This document shows, piece by piece, positions 10,617 to 18,216 of a stretch of DNA of 64,000 bases. Below the pieces are notes generated by a model. That model was given only the letters and a program-made list of their open reading frames with translations. It did no database searches and was not told the DNA's origin. Source of the DNA: Candidatus Woesearchaeota archaeon (lineage in GTDB: Archaea; Nanobdellota; Nanobdellia; Pacearchaeales; GW2011-AR1). The stretch covers positions 15,653 to 79,652 of the forward strand of contig CAYPFA010000002.1 of the NCBI GenBank assembly GCA_964410025.1, given 5' to 3'. Every line of letters begins with the position of its first letter. The stretch's first letter is position 1. The position numbers and the translations under genes are program-made.

Positions 10617-11675
10617 TTAGTCAACTACTACGTCGTGTAAACCATCTGTATCAACTGAGAAAACAGTTTCATTATCTGGCAAGTTTGGTGAATCTATTAA
10701 TTTTGCTACTCTTGTATCCTTCTTACTTCTTCTCAAATACATTCTGTAAGTTGAAGCATGAGCAACAATATTTCCACCAACAGCCTTTGTCGGATCTCCA
10801 AACATTTGAGCCGGGTCAGCCATTACCTGATTTGTAACATAAACAGCCAAATTATAACTTTCTGCAATTTTCATTAAATTATGTAAATATTTATTTAACT
10901 TCTGCTGTCTATCTGCTAACATTCCCCTTCCGGCAAACTCTGCTCTAAAATGCGCAGTTAAAGAATCGATAACAATTAACTTTATTGGCTCGCCATTCTT
11001 AATAAGCTCTGCAATTTTATCCATCAATAAAATCTGATGATCTGAATTAAATGCTCTAGCAACTAAAATATTTTTCAAAACCTTATCGGAATTTGCATTA
11101 TATCTTGCAGCGAACTGTCTAATTCTTTCCGGTCTAAATGTTCCTTCAGTATCGATAAAAACTGCCTTACCATTTAATCCGCCCTGTTCAATTGGCAACT
11201 GAACATTCACTGTCAAAGACAACGCCAACTGAGTCTTCCCTGAACCAAAAGCTCCGAAAGCCTCAGTAATGGACTTTGTCTCTAACCCTTTTCCACCCAG
11301 AAGATTATCTAAATTCTTACTACCTGTAGTAATATTACCTACCTCTTTTCTTTTTTCTGCGAATTCTAAACCATCCGAAAATCCTAAATTCATCATCGAA
11401 CGAGCAGCTTGAATTGCCTTTCTCGCAACAGCCTCTCCCATTCCAGCCATCTCAGCCAATTCAGAAGGACCCATTACGGCCAATCCCATTAAATCATAAA
11501 TTCCGGCAGCTTCAAGTTTCGCAGCAGCACCAGGACCAATACCAGGAACATCTGTTAATTTTTTGCTTTCAACTTCATCTTCAGAATCTTCCTTCTTGGC
11601 TTTCTTGGCTTTCTTATCTTTCTGCTCATCAGAGCTGACACCCGCGTGTGCCTCATCATCTTTTTTCTCAACCAT
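10617..11675 (-). CDS. radA: DNA repair and recombination protein RadA
   Basis: HhH LTDVPGIGPGAAAKLEAAGI; Walker A GAFGSGKTQ; RecA/Rad51 core; K/E/D-rich N-terminal extension. Confidence 0.95.
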   Translation of the reverse strand: MVEKKDDEAHAGVSSDEQKDKKAKKAKKEDSEDEVESKKLTDVPGIGPGAAAKLEAAGIYDLMGLAVMGPSELAEMAGMGEAVARKAIQAARSMMNLGFSDGLEFAEKRKEVGNITTGSKNLDNLLGGKGLETKSITEAFGAFGSGKTQLALSLTVNVQLPIEQGGLNGKAVFIDTEGTFRPERIRQFAARYNANSDKVLKNILVARAFNSDHQILLMDKIAELIKNGEPIKLIVIDSLTAHFRAEFAGRGMLADRQQKLNKYLHNLMKIAESYNLAVYVTNQVMADPAQMFGDPTKAVGGNIVAHASTYRMYLRRSKKDTRVAKLIDSPNLPDNETVFSVDTDGLHDVVVD

Positions 11676-11832
11676 AAAAAAATTATGCCACGTTTTCTTT
11701 ATAAAGATTTATGTGGTTCAAAATCTATTTTACAGCGTCTCTTTTCGTCGAGAAATATGCTACACAAAAGTAATGATAAAATTAAAACAAACCCAAAAGA
11801 GAAATAATCGTGAAATATATTTTATAAAATAG

Positions 11833-11908
11833 TCACTCGCAACTCCGTGCGAACAGCACGGAAGATTAAATAATTGATTTCATGACAAAAGTGAAATCGA
11901 CAAATGCG
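11833..11908 (+). repeat. bipartite-hairpin intergenic element, copy 2
   Basis: TCACTCGCAACTC; hairpin 1 CCGTGC-GAACA-GCACGG (11845-11861); hairpin 2 TTGATTTCA/TGAAATCGA with one T-G pair. Abuts the stop of the minus gene at 11909. Confidence 0.8.
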
Positions 11909-12367
11909 TCAAAAAAAAGCCCAATTAATTATCAACCATACATCCGTCAATAAAACCAAGACAAAAATAATTTGCTCTATCAAACCACCACTTCGAATTC
12001 CAAAAATTCTAATTTTTAAGTCAACCGGCCAAAATAAACTCACTCCCTGAGTAGTAAAACAATCGACTAACAAATGTAAAACATAACCAAAGAAAAATCC
12101 AACTCCAAAATCCTGACTAATAAAAAATAGAAACAAAGACAAAATAAATCCAAACAACAAACTATGCAACACGCCACGATGAGAAACAAACAATTGAAAC
12201 GGCCTAAGATACCAATGATTACCTGCTTTACTCTTTCGAGAATCTATATCAACCAAAAAAGTCGCAATCAAAAAAGCAATTCCAAATATAATTTTATTAC
12301 CTGGCAAATAATTATATAAAAACAAAAAACAAAAAACAGCAATAGTCAAATGAGTCCGCAATAACAT
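11909..12367 (-). CDS. polytopic membrane protein, possibly DUF457/YdjM-like membrane-bound metal-dependent hydrolase
   Basis: Start moved to the internal ATG (MLLRTHLTIAV...), leaving a 1-nt gap to the upstream stop. His-containing TM segments HSLLFG and HLLVDCF. Confidence 0.5.
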   Translation of the reverse strand: MLLRTHLTIAVFCFLFLYNYLPGNKIIFGIAFLIATFLVDIDSRKSKAGNHWYLRPFQLFVSHRGVLHSLLFGFILSLFLFFISQDFGVGFFFGYVLHLLVDCFTTQGVSLFWPVDLKIRIFGIRSGGLIEQIIFVLVLLTDVWLIINWAFF

Positions 12368-12368
12368 C

Positions 12369-13250
12369 TCACTTTCTCTTCTTGTCTCTTTCTTCAAGTT
12401 TTTTAAGCTCGTCCTTTCTATTATAATTCATCAAGTCTTTCTGTATCAATGGAATTTGTCTATCTATATCTCTAATTAAATCTGCAAAATTCTTTATCCT
12501 AATTCTATAATCTGCTTCCGAAAGCTTGCCAGTCTGAAAATAATCTCTCTGCGCATCCTCCATTAATTTTTTTAACGTCACTCTTCTTAAGGTTAAAGAA
12601 TCTAATTTTCCCTTTAATATCCACTCGGTAATTTTCGTACGATAAAACAAATAAAACAATAAAAGAAGAACGAATGCTACAGATAAAGAAATCCAATTTT
12701 CCTTAAAAAAATCCTTTAAATTTTTAGTAGTTGTTTTATAAGCTAAGGCAAGGGCAGTTTGTTCTGATTTTACTGACGTTATTTCAATATATCCTGTATC
12801 CACCAGGGTTGCAACATTCTCATATCTTTCTCCAACAAGTTCTGCATTAATTTGATTAATAATAACATCAATAGAAGACGTATTCATATTCTTATCCACT
12901 GTTTCATTATAGAAGTTTAAAAACACTCTAAAAACATCATAGGCATTAATTGCCGTACTATGCATTTTCTTTATCTGATCACAATAAACTATGACCTGTG
13001 TAAAATCCACCTTACCCTTTCTCGTCTGAATAATCAACTGAGCAGCATAAAGATCCCCTGCTTTTGAATAATAATCATTAAAACGATTGCTAGAAACATT
13101 ATAATTGGTCAAATCAGAAATAATATATGAAGATTCGTTCAAGCAATTTGCAGCGACCTGCTCCTGTGTTAAATTTCCTTCTGCAAATACAAAACTAGCA
13201 CTAAATGCTAAAAATGCAAAAGCTACAAATAGTATATTCAACCACCTCAT
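12369..13250 (-). CDS. secreted, C-terminally membrane-anchored protein with cytoplasmic coiled-coil tail
   Basis: Signal peptide MRWLNILFVAFAFLAFSASFVFA; TM SLSVAFVLLLLFYLFY; K/E/R-rich C-terminus. Confidence 0.6.
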   Translation of the reverse strand: MRWLNILFVAFAFLAFSASFVFAEGNLTQEQVAANCLNESSYIISDLTNYNVSSNRFNDYYSKAGDLYAAQLIIQTRKGKVDFTQVIVYCDQIKKMHSTAINAYDVFRVFLNFYNETVDKNMNTSSIDVIINQINAELVGERYENVATLVDTGYIEITSVKSEQTALALAYKTTTKNLKDFFKENWISLSVAFVLLLLFYLFYRTKITEWILKGKLDSLTLRRVTLKKLMEDAQRDYFQTGKLSEADYRIRIKNFADLIRDIDRQIPLIQKDLMNYNRKDELKKLEERDKKRK

Positions 13251-13287
13251 AGAGATAACAAAATTTCTTAATTTAAATACATTCCTA

Positions 13288-14232
13288 TTATTTTTTTTCC
13301 AACTGCTGGGCCAACAATTCCGGATCTACCCTCGAGATATCCTGTCCCGAAAGCTCTAAACTATTAAACAAAGCATTTTTCTTTACGACACCCTTAACAA
13401 AAATCTCTGTTCCTAAAAAGTCCGTCTTAAAATCAATGAATGCCATTCCATCTTTTAATTTATCCATGGGAATTAATTTCTCAAGCTGATCTGAAAACAA
13501 AACCACTCTCAAGCTTTCCGTTCCATCATCAATAACAAAATTCAATAATGCTCTTTCTCTCGGAGAAATTTTTCCATGTTCCAAACAAGAAAAGCCATCA
13601 GCCTCAGCATTTGCCTTCTTTCCACACTCAGGACAAACAGAAAAAAATCTTGGAGTAAAAACCTGAACCACCACTCCCCGAACATTAACACCACTACCCT
13701 CCTGCAAACTATCTATCGCCTTCTCGCTATAATTTCTCTCAGTCTTAACTCCCTCAATCGTTTTAGAACTTTTTTTCAATTCTGAAAATCCAGATAAGTG
13801 AATCTCTCCTTCTCTCGTTGAAGCATTTCCAATTTCAATAACATCGCCTTGTTTTATTTCTCCCTTCTCGATTAAATCAATATGATTTGTATCCCACAAA
13901 ACAACTTTTGTATTTCCAGTCTCATCAGCAACGATAAAATTAGCAACCTTGCCCTTTCTACCATTCTTATCAAAACTTCTTACCGGAAAAATATTTATCA
14001 CCTTCGCAGCAAGATTAACTTTTTTCATTCCACCCATTAACTCAGAAATTTTTAACTGCACATTATCAAATCTAACCCCCAATTCAGCCGCAATAATCTG
14101 TGCTGCTCCCTCTTTAGAAATTAACCCAGAAAGCTTTGCTCTTCTCGCCTCAACTCTTTTCTCTATCTCAAATTTATCGACATTAGCAGAACTCGCAATT
14201 CGTTCAATTAATAGCTCATAATTTTCTGGCAT
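13288..14232 (-). CDS. rpa: replication protein A-like ssDNA-binding protein (OB folds plus zinc finger)
   Basis: OB-fold-like blocks and CPECGKK...CLEHGK zinc finger, matching the archaeal RPA architecture. Confidence 0.7.
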   Translation of the reverse strand: MPENYELLIERIASSANVDKFEIEKRVEARRAKLSGLISKEGAAQIIAAELGVRFDNVQLKISELMGGMKKVNLAAKVINIFPVRSFDKNGRKGKVANFIVADETGNTKVVLWDTNHIDLIEKGEIKQGDVIEIGNASTREGEIHLSGFSELKKSSKTIEGVKTERNYSEKAIDSLQEGSGVNVRGVVVQVFTPRFFSVCPECGKKANAEADGFSCLEHGKISPRERALLNFVIDDGTESLRVVLFSDQLEKLIPMDKLKDGMAFIDFKTDFLGTEIFVKGVVKKNALFNSLELSGQDISRVDPELLAQQLEKK

Positions 14233-14408
14233 AAATTAAATCAACATCTGGCATTTTTAAGTATTGTTATAGTAAAAAGACAATTTGAAGACCTGCAAAA
14301 TTGACAAAAACGTTTCTTTTTGTTTAGAGAAATTTTTCTTTTGAGGCTAAAGGTCATCCCTTGCGGATAAAGAAAAAGAACTCATTGTTGTTTAAAAGTA
14401 TATTAAAT

Positions 14409-14627
14409 TTAAAGAGCTCTATACTTACAAGAAACCATCTTTTCTAAATCTATAACAGTATCATCACCACTATGTCCCGTAGGAATATACCTCATTCCCT
14501 CGCAATGATAAGTTCCCGTCTTCCGTCTTTCCTCACAACTACAAATCGCTCTCTCTCCTCTTCTTCCCGATTCAAACAACGCATATTTACAAACCCTTTT
14601 CAGATCTGATTGCTCCATAATAATCAT
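14409..14627 (-). CDS. small Cys-rich hypothetical protein
   Basis: Track ORF with several Cys/His residues; no family recognised. Confidence 0.35.
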   Translation of the reverse strand: MIIMEQSDLKRVCKYALFESGRRGERAICSCEERRKTGTYHCEGMRYIPTGHSGDDTVIDLEKMVSCKYRAL

Positions 14628-14716
14628 AAAACCCTCACCTTTTTAAGAATTTATATAATATAACACTCATTTTTTCACCCCAAAACCTTTATAAACCAAA
14701 ATCTCAAGTCTATGCT

Positions 14717-14863
14717 ATGGTAAAATGTACAAGCTGCGAAAAAGAAACACAAAATTGTGTAAAATTTCATTGCCCAAAATGCAATAAAGATTTATACCGA
14801 TGTGAAAAATGCAGAAACCTCCCAGTAAACTACAAATGTGTTTGCGGATTCGAGGGACCTTAA
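14717..14863 (+). CDS. small zinc-ribbon protein (48 aa), of the type found next to aEF-1beta in archaea
   Basis: Hand-translated MVKCTSCEKETQNCVKFHCPKCNKDLYRCEKCRNLPVNYKCVCGFEGP. Too short for the track. TATA-like CCTTTATAAACC about 25 nt upstream. Confidence 0.7.
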   Translation: MVKCTSCEKETQNCVKFHCPKCNKDLYRCEKCRNLPVNYKCVCGFEGP

Positions 14864-14864
14864 G

Positions 14865-15143
14865 ATGAGCATAGGAACAGCTTTATTTAAAATAAAATTA
14901 ATGCCCGAATCTCCTTCTATAGATTTAGAGAAAATGAAAACAGATGCGAAAACCAGCATTGAATCCTATGGCGGAAAAACAACTAATTTTGAAATAGAAG
15001 ACATTGCATTCGGACTAAAGGCTATTATTATAAGCGTCAGACTAACTGAAGACAAATCTGGAGAAATCATGGAAGCTAATTTAGCAAAAATAGAAGGCGT
15101 TTCCTCGGTCTCCGTTATTGACTACAGAAGAGCAGTTGAATAA
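14865..15143 (+). CDS. ef1b: translation elongation factor aEF-1 beta
   Basis: MSIGTALFKIKLMPESPSIDLEKMK is a typical aEF-1beta N-terminus. Start moved to ATG 14865, 1 nt after the zinc-ribbon stop. Confidence 0.85.
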   Translation: MSIGTALFKIKLMPESPSIDLEKMKTDAKTSIESYGGKTTNFEIEDIAFGLKAIIISVRLTEDKSGEIMEANLAKIEGVSSVSVIDYRRAVE

Positions 15144-15235
15144 ATAAAATAGTTTTAAATTCTCACAATACAATTTTTCATTTTATAAAATAATAATTCT
15201 GAATTCTCTAAACTTTATTAAAAAACCCATCAGCC

Positions 15236-15314
15236 ACTACGTAGTCACTCCAAACTCACGCAACGGAGTTGCGTGCATAATCAAAACAATTTGACGAAGT
15301 TAAGTTGACAACTC
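15236..15314 (+). repeat. bipartite-hairpin intergenic element, copy 3 (three-hairpin subtype)
   Basis: Extra palindrome ACTACGTAGT (15236-15245); CCAAACT; hairpin 1 CACGCAAC-GGA-GTTGCGTG (15257-15275); hairpin 2 CAATTT/AAGTTG; GACAACTC. Confidence 0.75.
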
Positions 15315-15389
15315 TGTCAAAACACTGGTCATATGATTAACTAAAAGATAATTCACAACCTTTAAAATCTTCAGATTCTTATTTCATTT

Positions 15390-16070
15390 ATGTTAAACGA
15401 TGAACAAACGCAAAATATTAAGCTACAACTTCTCAAGCAACTAGAAAATTTTCCAGAAGATCAAAGAAAAATGATGAAACACAAAATTATTTCTATGGGT
15501 AATGAGGAAATGGAACAATTTGTTCAAGAAAACAAACTAGACCACCTAGAAGAAAACGATGATAAGGAAGAAGAAAAGCCCTCTTGTATTTTTTGCGCCA
15601 TAGCAGAAAATAAACTAAAATCCTATAAAATAAGTGAAAACGAACACTACGTGGCCATACTAGAACTAAATCCTCTAAGTAAAGGAGACGTTCTTATAAT
15701 ACCAAAAAAACACACCACACTTGCAGAAATAAAAGAAGATTCCCTGGATTTTGCAAAAAAGGTTTCAGAAATTCTTATGAAAAAATTAAACCCAAAAGAA
15801 ATTAAATTATCTAAAAATGAAATTATGACTCACGCCATTATAGAAATTATTCCAATCTATGGAAATGAAACAGAAAGAAAAAAAGTCACAGAAGAAGAGC
15901 TTGCAAAACTTCAGCAAGAACTATCTGGAGAAAAAAAAGAAAAAGAGGAAGCGCCTGTAGGTGTCAGCACCGAGGAGCAGAAAAAAATACCAGAAATTCC
16001 CCTCCCACCAAAAGAACCAGAAAAAAAACAAGAATTACCAAAAATACCTCTTAGATTAAAGTGGATTTAA
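15390..16070 (+). CDS. HIT-superfamily-like protein with degenerate histidine triad and K/E/P-rich tail
   Basis: CIFCAI...YVAILELNPLSKGDVLIIPKKH is HIT-like, but the triad position reads THAIIEIIP instead of HxHxHxx. Confidence 0.6.
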   Translation: MLNDEQTQNIKLQLLKQLENFPEDQRKMMKHKIISMGNEEMEQFVQENKLDHLEENDDKEEEKPSCIFCAIAENKLKSYKISENEHYVAILELNPLSKGDVLIIPKKHTTLAEIKEDSLDFAKKVSEILMKKLNPKEIKLSKNEIMTHAIIEIIPIYGNETERKKVTEEELAKLQQELSGEKKEKEEAPVGVSTEEQKKIPEIPLPPKEPEKKQELPKIPLRLKWI

Positions 16071-16094
16071 TATATTTTGAAAAACAAATAGCAT

Positions 16095-16180
16095 TAAGTT
16101 AACTACTAACTTACATATATCAAAACAAATTTGACAATTTCCAAAAAATTAATCACTCGTCTAAAAATATTCTTATGTTA
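16095..16180 (+). repeat. bipartite-hairpin intergenic element, copy 4 (AT-rich hairpin 1, truncated hairpin 2)
   Basis: TAAGTTA-ACTAC-TAACTTA (16095-16113); CAAAACAAATTTGACAATTTCC...TTATGTTAAAAG. The 3' end overlaps the stop of the minus gene at 16173. Confidence 0.6.
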
Positions 16181-16955
16181 AAAGATAATCGCCCTTTAGA
16201 GTTTTTTCCTTATGTACCACAAAACCCTCGCCCTTTTTAATCTCTATCTCCACAATTCTTCTATCAATATTAGCTCCTCTTAACTTTATAACCTCTAATG
16301 CTCTTTTTCTTGCTCCGCCCTTGTAAAATACATTGTAAATTGCAATAATTCCATCAGATAAGAATGAAACAGCCTCGCCCTTTTCAACAAAAGTTACTCC
16401 AACGTGTGAAGGATTTGATACCTCTCTAATTAAAAATGAAGTCATATTATGTGCTTCTAAATATCTAAATAACTGTTCCATATAAATTCTGAAACGAGAT
16501 TCTTCTCCAGAAAACGCAGACGAAATAGAGGATAAAGAATCAATAAGAACAACATCTGCCTTAAATTCTCCAGGAATTAAAACTGGCTGTACATCAATCA
16601 ATAATTCTTTTTTAGCCTCGGATAAAAGAGCTTCTACGCTTCTAGCAATATCTAAAGCATTAAATCTTTTAACATATAACAATCCCTTTTTCTCATACTC
16701 TTTTACATTCGCACCAAAAGATTCCATGTGATGCTTTAATCTATATTCTGGCTCCTCAAAGCTCATGTATAAAACCTTTTTTCCCTTGTCACACATTTTC
16801 TTTGCAACTTCAAGACAAAAAATAGTTTTTCCACTTCCTGGACCACCCTCAACTAAAACAGAACTACCTTTAGGAATACCATCACCAATCAAATCATCAA
16901 AACCTCTAATATTTGTCTTAATAAATTCCTGCTTAAACTCTTTTTCTTCTCTCAT
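16173..16955 (-). CDS. KaiC/RecA-superfamily ATPase (possible ArlH/FlaH-like component)
   Basis: Walker A GGPGSGKT; KaiC-like single-domain size; sits next to the prepilin peptidase. Confidence 0.75.
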   Translation of the reverse strand: MREEKEFKQEFIKTNIRGFDDLIGDGIPKGSSVLVEGGPGSGKTIFCLEVAKKMCDKGKKVLYMSFEEPEYRLKHHMESFGANVKEYEKKGLLYVKRFNALDIARSVEALLSEAKKELLIDVQPVLIPGEFKADVVLIDSLSSISSAFSGEESRFRIYMEQLFRYLEAHNMTSFLIREVSNPSHVGVTFVEKGEAVSFLSDGIIAIYNVFYKGGARKRALEVIKLRGANIDRRIVEIEIKKGEGFVVHKEKTLKGDYLLT

Positions 16956-17002
16956 ATCACCATCTCTTAATTACTACTATGAATTGGTATTTAAAAACCT
17001 TA

Positions 17003-17797
17003 CTAAAAAAAATAAGAAAATAATTTATTCCTAAAAGCATAAAAAATAAATGCAATTAAAAAAGAAAGAGCATAAGGAATACCATCTTTTATTATACACC
17101 TCAAATTTTTCTTTCTTAAAAAATCCACCTGATCAGAATTTAATCTCTTTCCAGATTTAAAAATAATTTTTCCCACCCTTAAGTCCCTAGTTAAAATATC
17201 TTCTTCCCACAAATCTCTTGTAGAAAGCTCAAAATTCATCACATTCTTATCTAAAGATAAAGTTATACTGAAAAGAATAATAATAAATAAAATAAAAACA
17301 GCGAATAAAATAAAAAAATAATCAAAAAAACCTAACACTAGAAAAATAAAAGCCAATATAAAAAAACCAATTGAATATTTTTTAGACAATATCTGTAAAA
17401 AATATTTTTTAACTTTTGAAAAGTTTTTAATAAAGAAGAATAAAGAATAGACAACACCATAAATACTTCCTGATAACAAAAGTAAAAAAATAAATATTCC
17501 AAAATTAAAAAAAGATGATACAAAATTAAAACTATAAAAAAATGGAGAAAGCGCAAATAACAATTTAGAATCCCCGCCTGAGAATACTCTCCCCTTGGTG
17601 AACAAAAAGGAAATTCCTGCCGTCAAAAAAATAAAAAAACCCAAACTAGCAATATTATATTCTCTAAATAATAAAATAACTAAAATTCCCGAAAACAACA
17701 AAAATAAATTTAACCAATCATCTATTTCTCGTCTTTTAAAATCCTGAAACACAGCTAAAACCAATCCGACTAGACAAACAATAAAAATAAAATTCAT
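17003..17797 (-). CDS. A24-family type IV prepilin/preflagellin peptidase (PibD/FlaK-like)
   Basis: Two Asp motifs, KRREIDDW and GGDSKLLFAL, in a polytopic membrane protein. Confidence 0.75.
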   Translation of the reverse strand: MNFIFIVCLVGLVLAVFQDFKRREIDDWLNLFLLFSGILVILLFREYNIASLGFFIFLTAGISFLFTKGRVFSGGDSKLLFALSPFFYSFNFVSSFFNFGIFIFLLLLSGSIYGVVYSLFFFIKNFSKVKKYFLQILSKKYSIGFFILAFIFLVLGFFDYFFILFAVFILFIIILFSITLSLDKNVMNFELSTRDLWEEDILTRDLRVGKIIFKSGKRLNSDQVDFLRKKNLRCIIKDGIPYALSFLIAFIFYAFRNKLFSYFF

Positions 17798-17858
17798 TTT
17801 TTACCAAACTGACTATATTTATTTGTAAAAACAGAATGACTTAACATAATTAAGGCTA

Positions 17859-17984
17859 TCATTTTTTATCCTGCTCAGAAATATTCATAGAACGAAATCT
17901 TCCACCTCGCTTAAAAGCACGAAGCTGCCTCTTCTTTCTATCATCTTTCTTATTTTTTCTTTTTTCCGGATATCCGTAGTCCAT
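17859..17984 (-). CDS. possible small basic protein (41 aa)
   Basis: AGGAGG (rc of 17991-17996) lies 6 nt before the ATG. Hand-translated MDYGYPEKRKNKKDDRKKRQLRAFKRGGRFRSMNISEQDKK. Too short for the track. Confidence 0.35.
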   Translation of the reverse strand: MDYGYPEKRKNKKDDRKKRQLRAFKRGGRFRSMNISEQDKK

Positions 17985-17993
17985 TTTTTGCCT

Positions 17994-18178
17994 CCTGTTT
18001 TATATTTAATTGCAAAAATTGCTGAATCGAAGTTCTGCCCTTTTGCCTTCTGCCGAGCTGACACCCTTGTGGTGCCTGTTTTATATTTAATTGCAAAAAT
18101 TGCTGAATCGAAGTTCTGCCCTTTTGCCTTCTGCCGAGCTGACACCCTTGTGGTGCCTGTTTTATATTTATTTGCAAA
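17994..18178. repeat. 81-bp tandem direct repeat, about 2.3 copies
   Basis: Copies at 17994-18074 and 18075-18155, partial copy 18156-18178. The unit has a GC-rich core, CTGCCCTTTTGCCTTCTGCCGAGCTGACACCCTTGTGGTG. Confidence 0.95.
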
Positions 18179-18216
18179 ATAATAGAACCGCTATTACTCT
18201 ACTGTTTATTATCTTA

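Noticed and set aside
14287-14316. Possible thirteenth, partial intergenic element (CAATTTGAAGACCTGCAAAATTGACAAAAAC)
   Set aside because: Only a hairpin-2-like segment with an imperfect stem is present. Hairpin 1 and the flanking conserved blocks are missing.
14838-14864. Track start 14838 for aEF-1beta
   Set aside because: It overlaps the end of the zinc-ribbon gene in another frame. ATG 14865 yields the canonical aEF-1beta N-terminus.
17994-18178. CRISPR array interpretation of the 81-bp repeats (and of the 25-nt repeats at 58461-58520)
   Set aside because: The 81-bp units are contiguous with no unique spacers. The 25-nt pair has a single 10-nt spacer and only two full copies. No cas genes are in the window.
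17885-18182. Track ORFs 17885-18145, 17950-18177 (minus) and 17988-18182 (plus) running through the 81-bp tandem repeat
   Set aside because: 81 bp is 27 codons, so any frame without a stop in the unit is propagated. Three overlapping frames on both strands are open, which is typical of a repeat artefact. Only the short SD-preceded ORF outside the repeat is kept, at low confidence.
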